From: Halogeometricum borinquense DSM 11551
GTDB taxonomy: Archaea > Halobacteriota > Halobacteria > Halobacteriales > Haloferacaceae
DNA length: 32,000 nucleotides
Assembly (NCBI RefSeq): GCF_000172995.2
Contig: NC_014729.1
Span: forward strand, 1,050,001 to 1,082,000
Direction: 5' to 3'
In this document: positions 17,048 to 25,845 of the stretch, piece by piece
Layout of the letters: the number at the start of each line of letters is the position of its first letter
Numbering within the stretch: the stretch's first letter is position 1
The notes under the pieces: model-generated
Seen by the model: the letters and a program-made list of their open reading frames with translations, nothing else
The model's database searches: none
What the model was told of the DNA's origin: nothing
Position numbers and translations under genes: made by a program

Positions 17048-18076
17048 TTAGAATCCTCCCTCCGCATCGGCGAATTTCACGATGTACACCGAGACGACGA
17101 TGCCGATGAGTCCTGCCGTCACGAACGCCACCGTCGCCGACGTGCCGTACATCGAGTTGTTGAACGTCGTCACGACCAGACACGATAGCGACGGCACAGT
17201 CGTACATCCGGCCATCGTTTCGATGATACCGTAGACACGCATCGCCGCGATGGTGCGGAACAGCATCGCAACTAACACCGTCGGCAGGATGAGCGGGAAC
17301 GTTATCATCTTGAACTGTTGCCATTTCGATGCGCCGGCGACGCGAGCCACGTCGTACAGCGACCGGTCGATGCTCTGCAGGCCCGCGAGGATGAGCAGTG
17401 CCATGAACGCCGTCGTCTTCCAGACGTCGGCCACGATGATGAGGAACAGCGAGTCCGACGTGTTACGAAGCGGCGTGAAACTGAGTCCGAGCGTGTTCAG
17501 GATTGCCGGATTCTCCTGGGTCCCGATGAGAAAGCCGATGTTCGGCTGGAACATCAGGAACCAGATCATGCCTTGGATGACGATGGGCACCGCCCATGGA
17601 ATGATGATTGCAACGCGAACCCACCGCCGACCGCGGAAGTCCTGATCGAGAATGAGCGCCTGTGCGAAGCCGATGATCGTCTCGAACAGGACGCTGAAGG
17701 CGGTAAAGACGAGCGTTACCATCAGTGCGCTGGAGTAAATGCCAGTCACGAACGGAAACGACGACGAGAGTCCGGGCAGGAACGCCGACGGAAGCGCAAA
17801 GTCACGTGCGCCGGAGAACAGCGCGACGTAGTTTTCGATCCCGACGAACTGGCCCAACCTCGCCGTTCCGGTCAACTGGTCGGCGTACAACGAGTAGCCG
17901 AACGTCTGTATGAGGGGGTACACTGCGATGACCAGAAGCAACAGCAGCGCTGGCGTAAGCAGGAAGTACGCGAACTGCGTCTCCGTCAGTGACTCCATCC
18001 ATCGGATGAAGGAGATGTACGGACCAGTTCTGGTACGCTCCCGAACTGTGTCCCCTGATTCTTGCTCTGTTGCCAT
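17048..18076 (-). CDS. Carbohydrate ABC transporter permease (MalF-like)
   Basis: Six TM segments and EAA loop ...QSIDRSLYDVARVAGASKWQQFKMITFPL. Confidence 0.92.
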   Translation of the reverse strand: MATEQESGDTVRERTRTGPYISFIRWMESLTETQFAYFLLTPALLLLLVIAVYPLIQTFGYSLYADQLTGTARLGQFVGIENYVALFSGARDFALPSAFLPGLSSSFPFVTGIYSSALMVTLVFTAFSVLFETIIGFAQALILDQDFRGRRWVRVAIIIPWAVPIVIQGMIWFLMFQPNIGFLIGTQENPAILNTLGLSFTPLRNTSDSLFLIIVADVWKTTAFMALLILAGLQSIDRSLYDVARVAGASKWQQFKMITFPLILPTVLVAMLFRTIAAMRVYGIIETMAGCTTVPSLSCLVVTTFNNSMYGTSATVAFVTAGLIGIVVSVYIVKFADAEGGF

Positions 18077-18112
18077 TGTATGTCCTGTGTTATCTTATGT
18101 CTATCCGAACAG

Positions 18113-19639
18113 CTAGGCGCTTTGTTCGATCTGTTCGAGCGTATTCTTGAGGTCGGACATCGCCTGTTCGGGCGATTTCTCTCGTGCGTAGGCCGCGTTG
18201 ACCTCGGTGGCGATTTTACTGGACTGCTGCGGCCAGACGACCGTCACCGGCCGGGGAATAGCGTTCTCACCCGCCACCTTCAGTTGCGAGAGGTAGCGGC
18301 CGATGACCGGGACCTCCGCGGCGCGGTCGGAATCGAGCAGGTCGGGTTCCGGCGGAATCCAGCCGATAATCTCGAATATATCGAGCTTGAACTGCTCGGT
18401 CATCATCGCCTTCATGACCTGCAACGCCGCCCGCTTTTGCAGCTGTGAGGCGTTCGGGTTCAGGGTGACGTGCCATCCGCCGAGCGCCGCAACTGGACCG
18501 CCCGTCATCGGGTACTGGGCTTCCTCAGCGGTCACCCCGTACGGAATTGGCATGACGCCGAGGTCTTCTCCGAACACGTCCTCGGCACCGTTGATGTTGA
18601 TCGAGTACGGCCAGTTGCGGTGCATGATGGCGTCACCGCCTGTGAACGGCTTGCGCGATGGCTCCTCGGTCCACTGGAGAACTGCCTCGGGAGCGATGTT
18701 CCCCGTGATACCGTCGAGCGCGTGTTCGTCGTCCTCACCGTTGATGAGCGTCCGAACCATTTTGATGGAGTCGAGAACAGGTTGCTCGTCTACGGTGACA
18801 GGGCGATCCCCGACAGGTCCGAACAGGTTCTCTGCGGGATTGCCGAAGAACGCGCCACCGTACGAAGTCATGAACTCGTTGAAGTCACAGCAGGAGAGTC
18901 CCTCGTAGACGGACGCTTGGAAAGTATACCCGTACTGGGTGTCTGGATTGGCGTTCATCGCCTCCTTCGTGATTTTCGAGAACTCCACCCACGACATCGA
19001 CTCGGTGGCCCACGTCTCGAAATCCGAGTCCCCGTAGCCTGCGTTCCGAAGCAGGTCCTTGCGGTACTGCATCGTCGGAAAATCAGGGAACAGCGGGATG
19101 CCGTACAGGTCGCCGTTGGCTCCTTTCGCTGTTCCGACGCTGGCCTCGAAGTAGTTTTCCTCGACGCGGGAGGTCATGCTGTCGGGAAGCGTCTGCGAGA
19201 GGTTCTGAAGTTGGTTCCGAGCGATGAACGGAATCGTCCATCCGCTGTCCATCATCAGAAGCGTCGGCTGTTCCCGTCCCGACGAGAGCCACTGCTGATA
19301 CTGGTTCTGTCGGTTGTTCGTTACTTGAGAGCCGGCGATAACCTCGACGGTGATGTTGTCGGGGAGACCTGCCTCACGCAGTGATTGAAAGATTGCTTCC
19401 CTGTTGTTATTGACGCGTGTATCCGCTGCCCACTGTACCGTGACATCCTCGCTCGGCGCTTCCGTGTTGATCGGTGTCTGACTACCTCCGGCCTCCGTTT
19501 CTGTCTGATCACCACCTGTACCGCTGATGCAACCCGCCAAGCTGGCGGCAACACCGGACGCACCAGCCGCCTTCACGAATCGTCGTCGTGAGACGGCACT
19601 GCGCTTACGGCTACGTCCATGTGTGTCAATGTCATCCAT
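18113..19639 (-). CDS. ABC transporter extracellular solute-binding lipoprotein (sugar/oligosaccharide type)
   Basis: Tat motif SRRRFVKAAGASGVAASLAGC with a lipobox Cys, a Thr/Gly/Glu linker, then a family-1 SBP fold. First gene of the operon. Confidence 0.92.
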   Translation of the reverse strand: MDDIDTHGRSRKRSAVSRRRFVKAAGASGVAASLAGCISGTGGDQTETEAGGSQTPINTEAPSEDVTVQWAADTRVNNNREAIFQSLREAGLPDNITVEVIAGSQVTNNRQNQYQQWLSSGREQPTLLMMDSGWTIPFIARNQLQNLSQTLPDSMTSRVEENYFEASVGTAKGANGDLYGIPLFPDFPTMQYRKDLLRNAGYGDSDFETWATESMSWVEFSKITKEAMNANPDTQYGYTFQASVYEGLSCCDFNEFMTSYGGAFFGNPAENLFGPVGDRPVTVDEQPVLDSIKMVRTLINGEDDEHALDGITGNIAPEAVLQWTEEPSRKPFTGGDAIMHRNWPYSININGAEDVFGEDLGVMPIPYGVTAEEAQYPMTGGPVAALGGWHVTLNPNASQLQKRAALQVMKAMMTEQFKLDIFEIIGWIPPEPDLLDSDRAAEVPVIGRYLSQLKVAGENAIPRPVTVVWPQQSSKIATEVNAAYAREKSPEQAMSDLKNTLEQIEQSA

Positions 19640-19640
19640 T

Positions 19641-19706
19641 ACAGTTCGTACTGTTTGAATCAGGATTATTTATAGTTTTGGTGCTAGTAACTACAGCTGT
19701 TGTAGT
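19641..19706 (-). promoter_or_regulatory. Promoter of the sugar ABC operon: TATA box flanked by two palindromes
   Basis: The minus-sense TATAAA (19669-19674) lies about 32 nt from ATG 19639. ACAGT-TCGT-ACTGT (19641-19654) covers the expected TSS. ACTACA-GCTGT-TGTAGT (19690-19706), flanked by TAGTAA direct repeats, lies upstream of the TATA box. Confidence 0.5.
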
Positions 19707-19914
19707 AATCTCTGTGTCACTACTTGAATCGGCGATATGAATCATTTTCCAGCGGCTACAGCCACTAATCAATATCTCCTGTTAGCTCACCATACAATAT
19801 GACAGCCATAACCATAATGTTTATTCGTGAAATAATAACGGGAGACGGAGTCCGCAGTGCAGTCCGACCGAGACAAAACGGCTTTAGTCCCACCTCAGCT
19901 ATCACCGCAGAGAG

Positions 19915-21072
19915 ATGGAGGCGCACACCCGGGAATACTTAGAGGGGCGGTTCGGTGACTACTACCGAGGTGCCGACGTTGCCCTGCCACCCACGCCTGA
20001 GCGCCGCGAGTGGGGATATATCCCGTGGAGTGCCGGGGGAACGACGATGGTCCGACACCAGTCGCTGCTCGACATTGGCAACCTCGGTGACTTTTTGACG
20101 CGGACGGCCCCGCAGCACGTCTACTTCTCCGCTGCGCGGTTCAATGATCCCGGTGCGGGGACAATGGACGAGAAAGGGTGGCAGTCGGCCGACCTGGTGT
20201 TCGACTTGGACGCCGACCACCTCCCGGGCGTCGACCCCGAGACGACCTCCTATGCGGATATGTTGGCTGCGTGTAAAGACGATCTGTTGAGCCTCCTCGA
20301 TATCCTGGAGAACGACTTCGATTTTACTGACACACAGGTCGTTTTCTCGGGGGGCCGCGGGTACCACGTCCACGTACGCGACGAGAACGTCCGCGAACTG
20401 GACAGCGATGCCAGGCGGGAGATTGTCGATTACGTCCGCGCCATCGACTTAGATGTCGAGGGACTCATCGGCACGGAGTCGAATCGCGGGACGACCCGGC
20501 GCGTCCTCCGCCGACACGGTGGATGGGGCGCGCGCGTTCACGACAGACTCCTCGAACTCGCCGAAAATCTGCGCGAGATGGAAGAAGAGGCGGCCCTCGA
20601 ACGGTTACAGGAACTCCAAGGCATTGGTGAGGGCCGCGCGAAGACGATCTTAGGACAGATACACAACAACTTCGAGGCCATCCGCGAGGGGAACGTCGAG
20701 GCGGGCGGTCCCGGTACGCGCATTCTCGTGAATGCCCTCGCCGAGGAGGCGGTCACCGCGGAGACGGCACCGATTGACGAACCGGTAACGACGGACACGA
20801 AGCGTCTCATCCGCCTGCCCGGCAGTCTGCATGGCGGGTCCGGACTCCGCGTAAAGACGCTCGAACGCGACGAAGTCGCGGACTTCGATCCGCTCGAAGA
20901 CGCGATTCCGGACCGCTTCCGCGGAGAAAAAATCAAGATTCGCGTGACCGAACCCGGTCCCGTCGAATTCGACGGCGATAGTTTTACACTCAGTGCTGGT
21001 GACCAATCGGTGAAAGAATGCCTCGGCGTCTTTCTCATGGCCCGTGGGCGTGCTGAAAAGGAGACAAAATGA
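19915..21072 (+). CDS. priS: DNA primase small (catalytic) subunit PriS
   Basis: AEP motifs: [10 protein letters not shown] (DxD) and [11 protein letters not shown] (SGxRGxH). Length and N-terminus are typical of archaeal PriS. Confidence 0.95.
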   Translation: MEAHTREYLEGRFGDYYRGADVALPPTPERREWGYIPWSAGGTTMVRHQSLLDIGNLGDFLTRTAPQHVYFSAARFNDPGAGTMDEKGWQSADLVFDLDADHLPGVDPETTSYADMLAACKDDLLSLLDILENDFDFTDTQVVFSGGRGYHVHVRDENVRELDSDARREIVDYVRAIDLDVEGLIGTESNRGTTRRVLRRHGGWGARVHDRLLELAENLREMEEEAALERLQELQGIGEGRAKTILGQIHNNFEAIREGNVEAGGPGTRILVNALAEEAVTAETAPIDEPVTTDTKRLIRLPGSLHGGSGLRVKTLERDEVADFDPLEDAIPDRFRGEKIKIRVTEPGPVEFDGDSFTLSAGDQSVKECLGVFLMARGRAEKETK

Positions 21073-22049
21073 ATTTAGACGAGTTACGGAGCGTCCGGCG
21101 GACAGAGCGACAGAAGGACAGCCTCCAGCATCTCCGCGACTCGTTCTACGAGGACGTTGCGGACTATATCGCCCAGCAGAAGGCCGAACGGAAGCGCGCC
21201 GCCGACCGGGCGGACGATCCGTTCTCGGACCCCGAAGTCGGCCGCCTCACCGACGAAATCGAGACGGCAGAGGATGTCGTCGAGGCGATATACGAACGCC
21301 GAGTCGGCAAAGTCGTCAAACTCGCCTCCTTCGCTGCGGCGGACATGAGCGCGGATACGAACGGTCTCACCGCAGAGGAGCGCGACCTGTTCGATGACTT
21401 GGTGAGCCGGATCAAACAGAACCGCGAAACCGTCTTGGACGTTCTCGCGGGCAAGCGCTCCGGATCTGCGACGACCACCGAGATGGGGAACACGTCGAGT
21501 GGCGGTACTGACGTACCGGCTGCCGAGTCCACCTCGCAGACGACACCCGACGAGGTACCACCCGCAGACCCCGGTACCGACGAAACACCACCGCCACCAC
21601 CGGAGGTCGATCCGGAGGCGGACTCCCAGACACCAGCGGATGGCGCTGGTGACGTTCTCGCGGACGCGATGGGCGACGGACCCAGCGCGGGAGACGAGAC
21701 CCCGGTTCGTGACGATACTCCCCCGACAGACACGTCGTCTGCGACTCCCGAATCGATGGCCGACGGTGCGACAGCCACCGATACGGCGGCCACCGATTCG
21801 ACGGACGGTGACCGACCGACCACCGAGGCCGAAGCCGTCGCGGCCGAGCAACCGTCTAACGATTCTACGGACTCTGCGACCGAGGCGGACGACACCGAAC
21901 GCGTCACACTCCGAATCACCCAAGACGTGGGTCAGATTCTCGGGGTGGACGAGCGCGAGTACGACCTCGCAACCGAGGACGTTGTGACGCTGCCGACGAC
22001 GAACGCGGACCCACTTCTCGAACGCGGGGCTGCCGAACGTCTCGACTGA
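21069..22049 (+). CDS. ginS: GINS subunit (Gins51-type) with a long acidic low-complexity insert
   Basis: ATGA overlap with priS, the conserved archaeal priS-gins linkage. The N-terminal helical domain is [29 protein letters not shown]... The C-terminal small domain is [27 protein letters not shown]. Confidence 0.72.
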   Translation: MNLDELRSVRRTERQKDSLQHLRDSFYEDVADYIAQQKAERKRAADRADDPFSDPEVGRLTDEIETAEDVVEAIYERRVGKVVKLASFAAADMSADTNGLTAEERDLFDDLVSRIKQNRETVLDVLAGKRSGSATTTEMGNTSSGGTDVPAAESTSQTTPDEVPPADPGTDETPPPPPEVDPEADSQTPADGAGDVLADAMGDGPSAGDETPVRDDTPPTDTSSATPESMADGATATDTAATDSTDGDRPTTEAEAVAAEQPSNDSTDSATEADDTERVTLRITQDVGQILGVDEREYDLATEDVVTLPTTNADPLLERGAAERLD

Positions 22050-22056
22050 ATCGGGC

Positions 22057-22107
22057 CGTCGCCACTGTCTGGCAAGCCTCGGCCGACTGCCGACCGGCGA
22101 CGTTTTT
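22057..22107 (+). terminator. Stem (CGTCGCC...GGCGACG) followed by T5, the likely priS-ginS terminator; the T-tract doubles as the bcp TATA region
   Basis: Arms at 22057-22063 and 22096-22102, then TTTTT at 22103-22107. The T-tract lies about 27 nt upstream of the bcp ATG at 22132. Confidence 0.5.
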
Positions 22108-22131
22108 ACGCTCCTCCCCGACCCGTGAGTC

Positions 22132-22608
22132 ATGCTCAACGTCGGTGACGAAGCCCCGGATTTCGAGTTGCAGAATCAGGACGGCGAGAAAGTGTCGCTC
22201 TCGGACTTCGAGAACGAGTACGTTGTCGTCTATTTCTACCCGCGCGCGAACACGCCGGGATGTACCACCGAGGCGTGCGAGTTCCGCGACGCCTCAAACG
22301 AGTTCGAGGCACACGACGCAACGGTCCTCGGAATCAGCGACGACCCTATCTCCGACCTCGAAGAGTTCGCGGATGACCACGACCTTTCGTTCCCGCTCCT
22401 CTCGGACGAGGACGGTGCAGTCGCGTCGGCGTACGACTCCTACGGTGAGAAAAACATGTTCGGCAACACGTTCGATGGCGTGTTCCGGAACTCGTACGTC
22501 GTCGCACCCGACGGGACCATCGCGTTCGCCTACGAAGGTGTTTCGCCTGAAGGGCATGCAGAAGAGATTCTCTCGGACCTCAAAGCCCACCGCGAGTCGA
22601 GCGACTAG
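22132..22608 (+). CDS. bcp: Thioredoxin-dependent thiol peroxidase (Bcp/PrxQ peroxiredoxin)
   Basis: YFYPRANTPGCTTEAC peroxidatic-Cys motif and AhpC/TSA fold length. Confidence 0.93.
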   Translation: MLNVGDEAPDFELQNQDGEKVSLSDFENEYVVVYFYPRANTPGCTTEACEFRDASNEFEAHDATVLGISDDPISDLEEFADDHDLSFPLLSDEDGAVASAYDSYGEKNMFGNTFDGVFRNSYVVAPDGTIAFAYEGVSPEGHAEEILSDLKAHRESSD

Positions 22609-22879
22609 TCAAACAGTCCGACGCGAGTCCGCAGTAGAAGCCGATCAAGCATGAAGGACGGCAGCGCTGTCACCAAAGTCACTGTCGGATGCCATCGTCA
22701 GTTGACTCGTCGGCGTTGCGGTGACAGACGACCCACAGTCCTGCCGTCCCGGCATTCAGTTGTCGTTCGGCGACGTACACGGTGAGAAACGTCCGACCGT
22801 GGGCGGCGGTGTCGGACCAGTCGTCGAACGTATCGTTACAGTGTGCATTGCTGCACAGTTGGTGGGGCGATTGCTGACG

Positions 22880-22909
22880 ACAAAAATATTCGCAGAAGAA
22901 TATTTTTGT
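22880..22909. repeat. AT-rich perfect palindrome, 12-bp arms with a 6-nt spacer
   Basis: ACAAAAATATTC gcagaa GAATATTTTTGT read directly. It is the most AT-rich spot in an otherwise ORF-poor 650-bp gap, and either arm could serve as a TATA element. Confidence 0.8.
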
Positions 22910-23196
22910 ACCTAATGTGATATTAACTCGCCGCGGTTTCGATACTAGTTTCGATTCCCGGCAGATTGGCTCTTCTGTGGCACTCTCGGTACCTTCGGTA
23001 TCGGTTACGAGCTTGGTACTTCGTTAGTATGAGAACGAGGGGGACTACGAAAGCGCGGAGCGACACAACATGGCCACTGACGAACACACCACGTTTCCGG
23101 TGAAATAAACCTGCAACTAGTGGTCCGTGTCATTGGGGAGAAGAACGTACCTCTACATAGAAGCACTGAGTGATAAAAGGGCATCGGTCGGCGGAG

Positions 23197-23222
23197 ATTC
23201 ACCCGCGGTCCCGCGGGTGAAT
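23197..23222. terminator. Perfect 12-bp GC-rich hairpin (2-nt loop) 42 nt beyond the cdc48 stop
   Basis: ATTCACCCGCGG tc CCGCGGGTGAAT. It is followed by TTCTT on the + strand only. It could terminate cdc48 (-) and/or a + strand transcript. Confidence 0.6.
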
Positions 23223-23263
23223 TTCTTGGCCGAGAGTTGGTGGCGAAGTCGCCGTATCTGCGA

Positions 23264-25528
23264 TTACTGGAACGTCCGGCCGACTTTTTCCTCAGGATCG
23301 CGTTCGACGTCGCTCTTCTGGAACCGCTCTTCGATTTCCTCGTACCGACGGCGCGTCTCTTGGGTGACGCTCGGGTTGACTTCGTCGAGTGCCGCCTCGA
23401 AATGATCCATGGTGACGCGGACGTTGCCGATGGACTCTTCGACTTCTTCGGGTTCCACGCTGTTGATGAACTCCCGACTCGCAGCCATCGATGCCTCGCG
23501 GCAGACCGCTTCGATGTCGGCCCCGACGTAGCCCTCGGTCTTGCGGGCGAGTTGGTCGAGATCAACGTCGTCTGCCAGCGGTTTGTGCTCGGTGTGTACC
23601 TCGAAGATGGCGTGCCGTGCCTCCTCATCGGGAACAGGCACGTGGATGTGCCTGTCGAGTCGCCCCGGACGCAGAAGCGCCGAATCGATGAGATCCGGCC
23701 GGTTGGAGGTGGCGATGACGACCACGTCTTCGAGCGACTCCAGCCCGTCGAGTTCGGTCAGGAGTTGCGAGACGACGCGTTCGGAGACGCCCGAATCACC
23801 GGAGCTTTGGCCGCGCTCGATGGCGATAGAGTCAATCTCGTCGAAGAACACCACGGTCGGGGCGTTCTCGCGCGCCTTTTTGAATATCTCACGGACACCC
23901 TTCTCGGACTCGCCGACGTACTTGTTGAGCAGTTCTGGCCCCTTCACGGAGATGAAGTTGGAATCGGCCTCGTTGGCGACAGCCTTCGCCAGAAGGGTCT
24001 TCCCCGTCCCCGGCGGCCCGTAGAGCAGGACACCCTTCGCCGACTGCATGTCCATCTTCTCGTACACCTCGGGGTACTCCAGCGGCCACTGGATGGTCTC
24101 GCGGAGGCGCTCTTTGGTGTTTTCGAGGCCACCGACGTTCTCCCACGTCACGTCGGGAACTTCGACGAACACTTCGCGGAGCGCGGAGGGTTCGATACCC
24201 TTCATCGCGTCCTTGAAGTCGTCCTCGCGGACCTCTAGCGACTCCAGGACGTCGGTATCGATCTCGTCCTCGTCGAGGTCCAACTGCGGGCGGATACGCC
24301 GTAGAGCGTTCATCGCGGATTCCTTGGCGAGGCTCTCGATGTCCGCGCCGACGAACCCGTGCGTAATCTCCGCGTACTCGTCGAGGTCTACGCCCTCGGC
24401 GGTCGGCATGTTCCGCGTGTGGACCTGTAGAATCTCTTTACGGCCCTCCTTGTCGGGGACGCCGATCTCGATTTCGCGGTCGAACCGGCCTCCGCGCCGA
24501 AGCGCCGGGTCGATGGCGTCGACGCGGTTCGTCGCGCCGATCACGACGACTTCTCCGCGTTCGTCTAGCCCGTCCATCAGCGAGAGGAGTTGGGCAACGA
24601 CGCGCCGTTCCACGTCACCGCCAGCCTCACCGCGCTTGGGTGCGATGGAGTCGATCTCGTCGATGAAGACGATGGCCGGCGCGTTCTCTTCGGCATCTTC
24701 GAATATCTCGCGGAGTTGCTCTTCGGACTCGCCGTAGTACTTCGACATGATCTCCGGACCGGAGATCGTGTGGAAGGACGCGTCTATCTCGTTGGCGACG
24801 GCCTTGGCGATGAGCGTCTTCCCGGTGCCCGGCGGACCGTGCAGGAGCACGCCTTTCGGCGGGTCGATGCCGAGGCGCTTGAACAGTTCCGGGTGCCGCA
24901 TCGGAAGTTCGATCATCTCCCGGACCTGTTCGAGTTCTCTGTCGAGGCCGCCGATGTCCTCGTAGGTTACCGACGGGCCCTCACTGGTGTCACGACCCTC
25001 AGCGCCGTGAATCTCCTCTGCGGGTTTCTGGCTTATCTGGACCTCCGTGGAGTCGGTGATAACGACGGTGCCGTCCGGTTGCGTGGAGGCGATTTTAACC
25101 GGCACCGACTGGTTCGAGGAGGCCATGAATCCGAATCCAAGGGGAAGTTGGATGCTCTGCCCCTTCGTGACGGGCTGTCCGGAGAGCTTGTCGCGGATGT
25201 ACGTCCCGACGTTGCCGCCGATACGGAGGTTCTGCGGCAGGGCGATAGAGACGGTTTTTGCGGGCTTTACGTCCGCGGGTTCGACCTGTACGCGGTCGTC
25301 GATGCCGACGTTCGCCTGTTGGCGAAGTCGGCCGTCGATACGAACGACGCCACTGCCGCGGTCCTCGGGGTAACCGGGCCACACACGAGCGATGGCGGTG
25401 CCGCCGTCACCCTCGATGCGGATATAATCGCCGCCTTCGAGACCGAGTTCTTCGGCGGCAGCGCGATCAATCGCCGCAAGTCCACGACCAGCGTCTTTCT
25501 GCTTCAGTGGTTTGACAATGAGCTTCAT
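23264..25528 (-). CDS. cdc48: CDC48/VCP-type AAA+ ATPase (two AAA domains)
   Basis: N-domain [21 protein letters not shown]. Two Walker A GPPGTGKT motifs, two Walker B (IVFIDEID / VVFFDEID), SRH regions, 754 aa. Confidence 0.97.
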   Translation of the reverse strand: MKLIVKPLKQKDAGRGLAAIDRAAAEELGLEGGDYIRIEGDGGTAIARVWPGYPEDRGSGVVRIDGRLRQQANVGIDDRVQVEPADVKPAKTVSIALPQNLRIGGNVGTYIRDKLSGQPVTKGQSIQLPLGFGFMASSNQSVPVKIASTQPDGTVVITDSTEVQISQKPAEEIHGAEGRDTSEGPSVTYEDIGGLDRELEQVREMIELPMRHPELFKRLGIDPPKGVLLHGPPGTGKTLIAKAVANEIDASFHTISGPEIMSKYYGESEEQLREIFEDAEENAPAIVFIDEIDSIAPKRGEAGGDVERRVVAQLLSLMDGLDERGEVVVIGATNRVDAIDPALRRGGRFDREIEIGVPDKEGRKEILQVHTRNMPTAEGVDLDEYAEITHGFVGADIESLAKESAMNALRRIRPQLDLDEDEIDTDVLESLEVREDDFKDAMKGIEPSALREVFVEVPDVTWENVGGLENTKERLRETIQWPLEYPEVYEKMDMQSAKGVLLYGPPGTGKTLLAKAVANEADSNFISVKGPELLNKYVGESEKGVREIFKKARENAPTVVFFDEIDSIAIERGQSSGDSGVSERVVSQLLTELDGLESLEDVVVIATSNRPDLIDSALLRPGRLDRHIHVPVPDEEARHAIFEVHTEHKPLADDVDLDQLARKTEGYVGADIEAVCREASMAASREFINSVEPEEVEESIGNVRVTMDHFEAALDEVNPSVTQETRRRYEEIEERFQKSDVERDPEEKVGRTFQ

Positions 25529-25773
25529 TTTTGAACGGTGATAGTGAGTATGCCGTTGTTCGTCGAAACCGACGCGTCCTCACCGGGAAGTTCGAATTCC
25601 GTCTCGGTAACTCTGTCGCCCATCTCGGCGACGACGATGGCGGTCGTACCGACGATGTCCACGTCCACCTCGTCGCCAAACGCGCCGAGGTCGGCGGCGA
25701 CGACCCAACTGTCTTCGTACTCGTAGCGGCGGAGGAATCCCTCGTTGCCGCCGACGAACTGTTGCATATCCAT
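25525..25773 (-). CDS. Short Hsp20/alpha-crystallin-like protein, translationally coupled to cdc48
   Basis: MDMQQFVG...[32 protein letters not shown]...FELPGE...[11 protein letters not shown] is an ACD-like beta-sandwich pattern. Its stop overlaps the cdc48 ATG (ATGA). ATG 25773 is chosen over the GTG at 25836. Confidence 0.72.
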   Translation of the reverse strand: MDMQQFVGGNEGFLRRYEYEDSWVVAADLGAFGDEVDVDIVGTTAIVVAEMGDRVTETEFELPGEDASVSTNNGILTITVQK

Positions 25774-25781
25774 GATATTTC

Positions 25782-25814
25782 CTAACCAGAGGTTAGCATT
25801 GAGAGAATATATAC
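25782..25814 (-). promoter_or_regulatory. hsp20-cdc48 promoter: TATA-like AATATATAC plus a 6-bp inverted repeat in the leader/TSS region
   Basis: The AT-rich box at 25806-25814 is centred about 37 nt from ATG 25773. CTAACC aga GGTTAG at 25782-25796 lies between them. Confidence 0.5.
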
Positions 25815-25845
25815 TTGTCGCCGAGAACCGCCCCACGTGGTGGGG

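Noticed and set aside
19640-19914. AT-rich intergenic region next to the replication genes priS-ginS as a replication origin.
   Set aside because: I found no repeated ORB-like elements, only a single TTCCAGCGG-type match, and no adjacent orc1/cdc6 gene. Divergent promoters explain the AT richness.
22721-22915. 64-aa GTG-initiated + strand ORF in the bcp/cdc48 gap, plus a 46-aa ATG ORF at 22651.
   Set aside because: Both translations are basic or hydrophobic and unlike local proteins. The opposite-strand frame looks more protein-like. Neither has a promoter-like element upstream.
22925-22960. tRNA or tRNA 3'-end remnant suggested by GGTTTCGATACTAGTTTCGATTCCCGG (T-loop-like TTCGAT).
   Set aside because: The flanking bases cannot form a T-stem or an acceptor stem, and no anticodon arm is apparent. 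It is just a short direct repeat of GTTTCGAT.
23160-23185. CUGA-GUGAUAA resembling D'/C' boxes of a C/D-box sRNA.
   Set aside because: No terminal C box (RUGAUGA) or D box (CUGA) lies at the required spacing on either side.
23005-23628. 207-aa minus-strand ORF spanning the cdc48 3' end.
   Set aside because: It is out of frame with, and largely inside, the cdc48 coding region. It is Arg/Ser-rich and basic.
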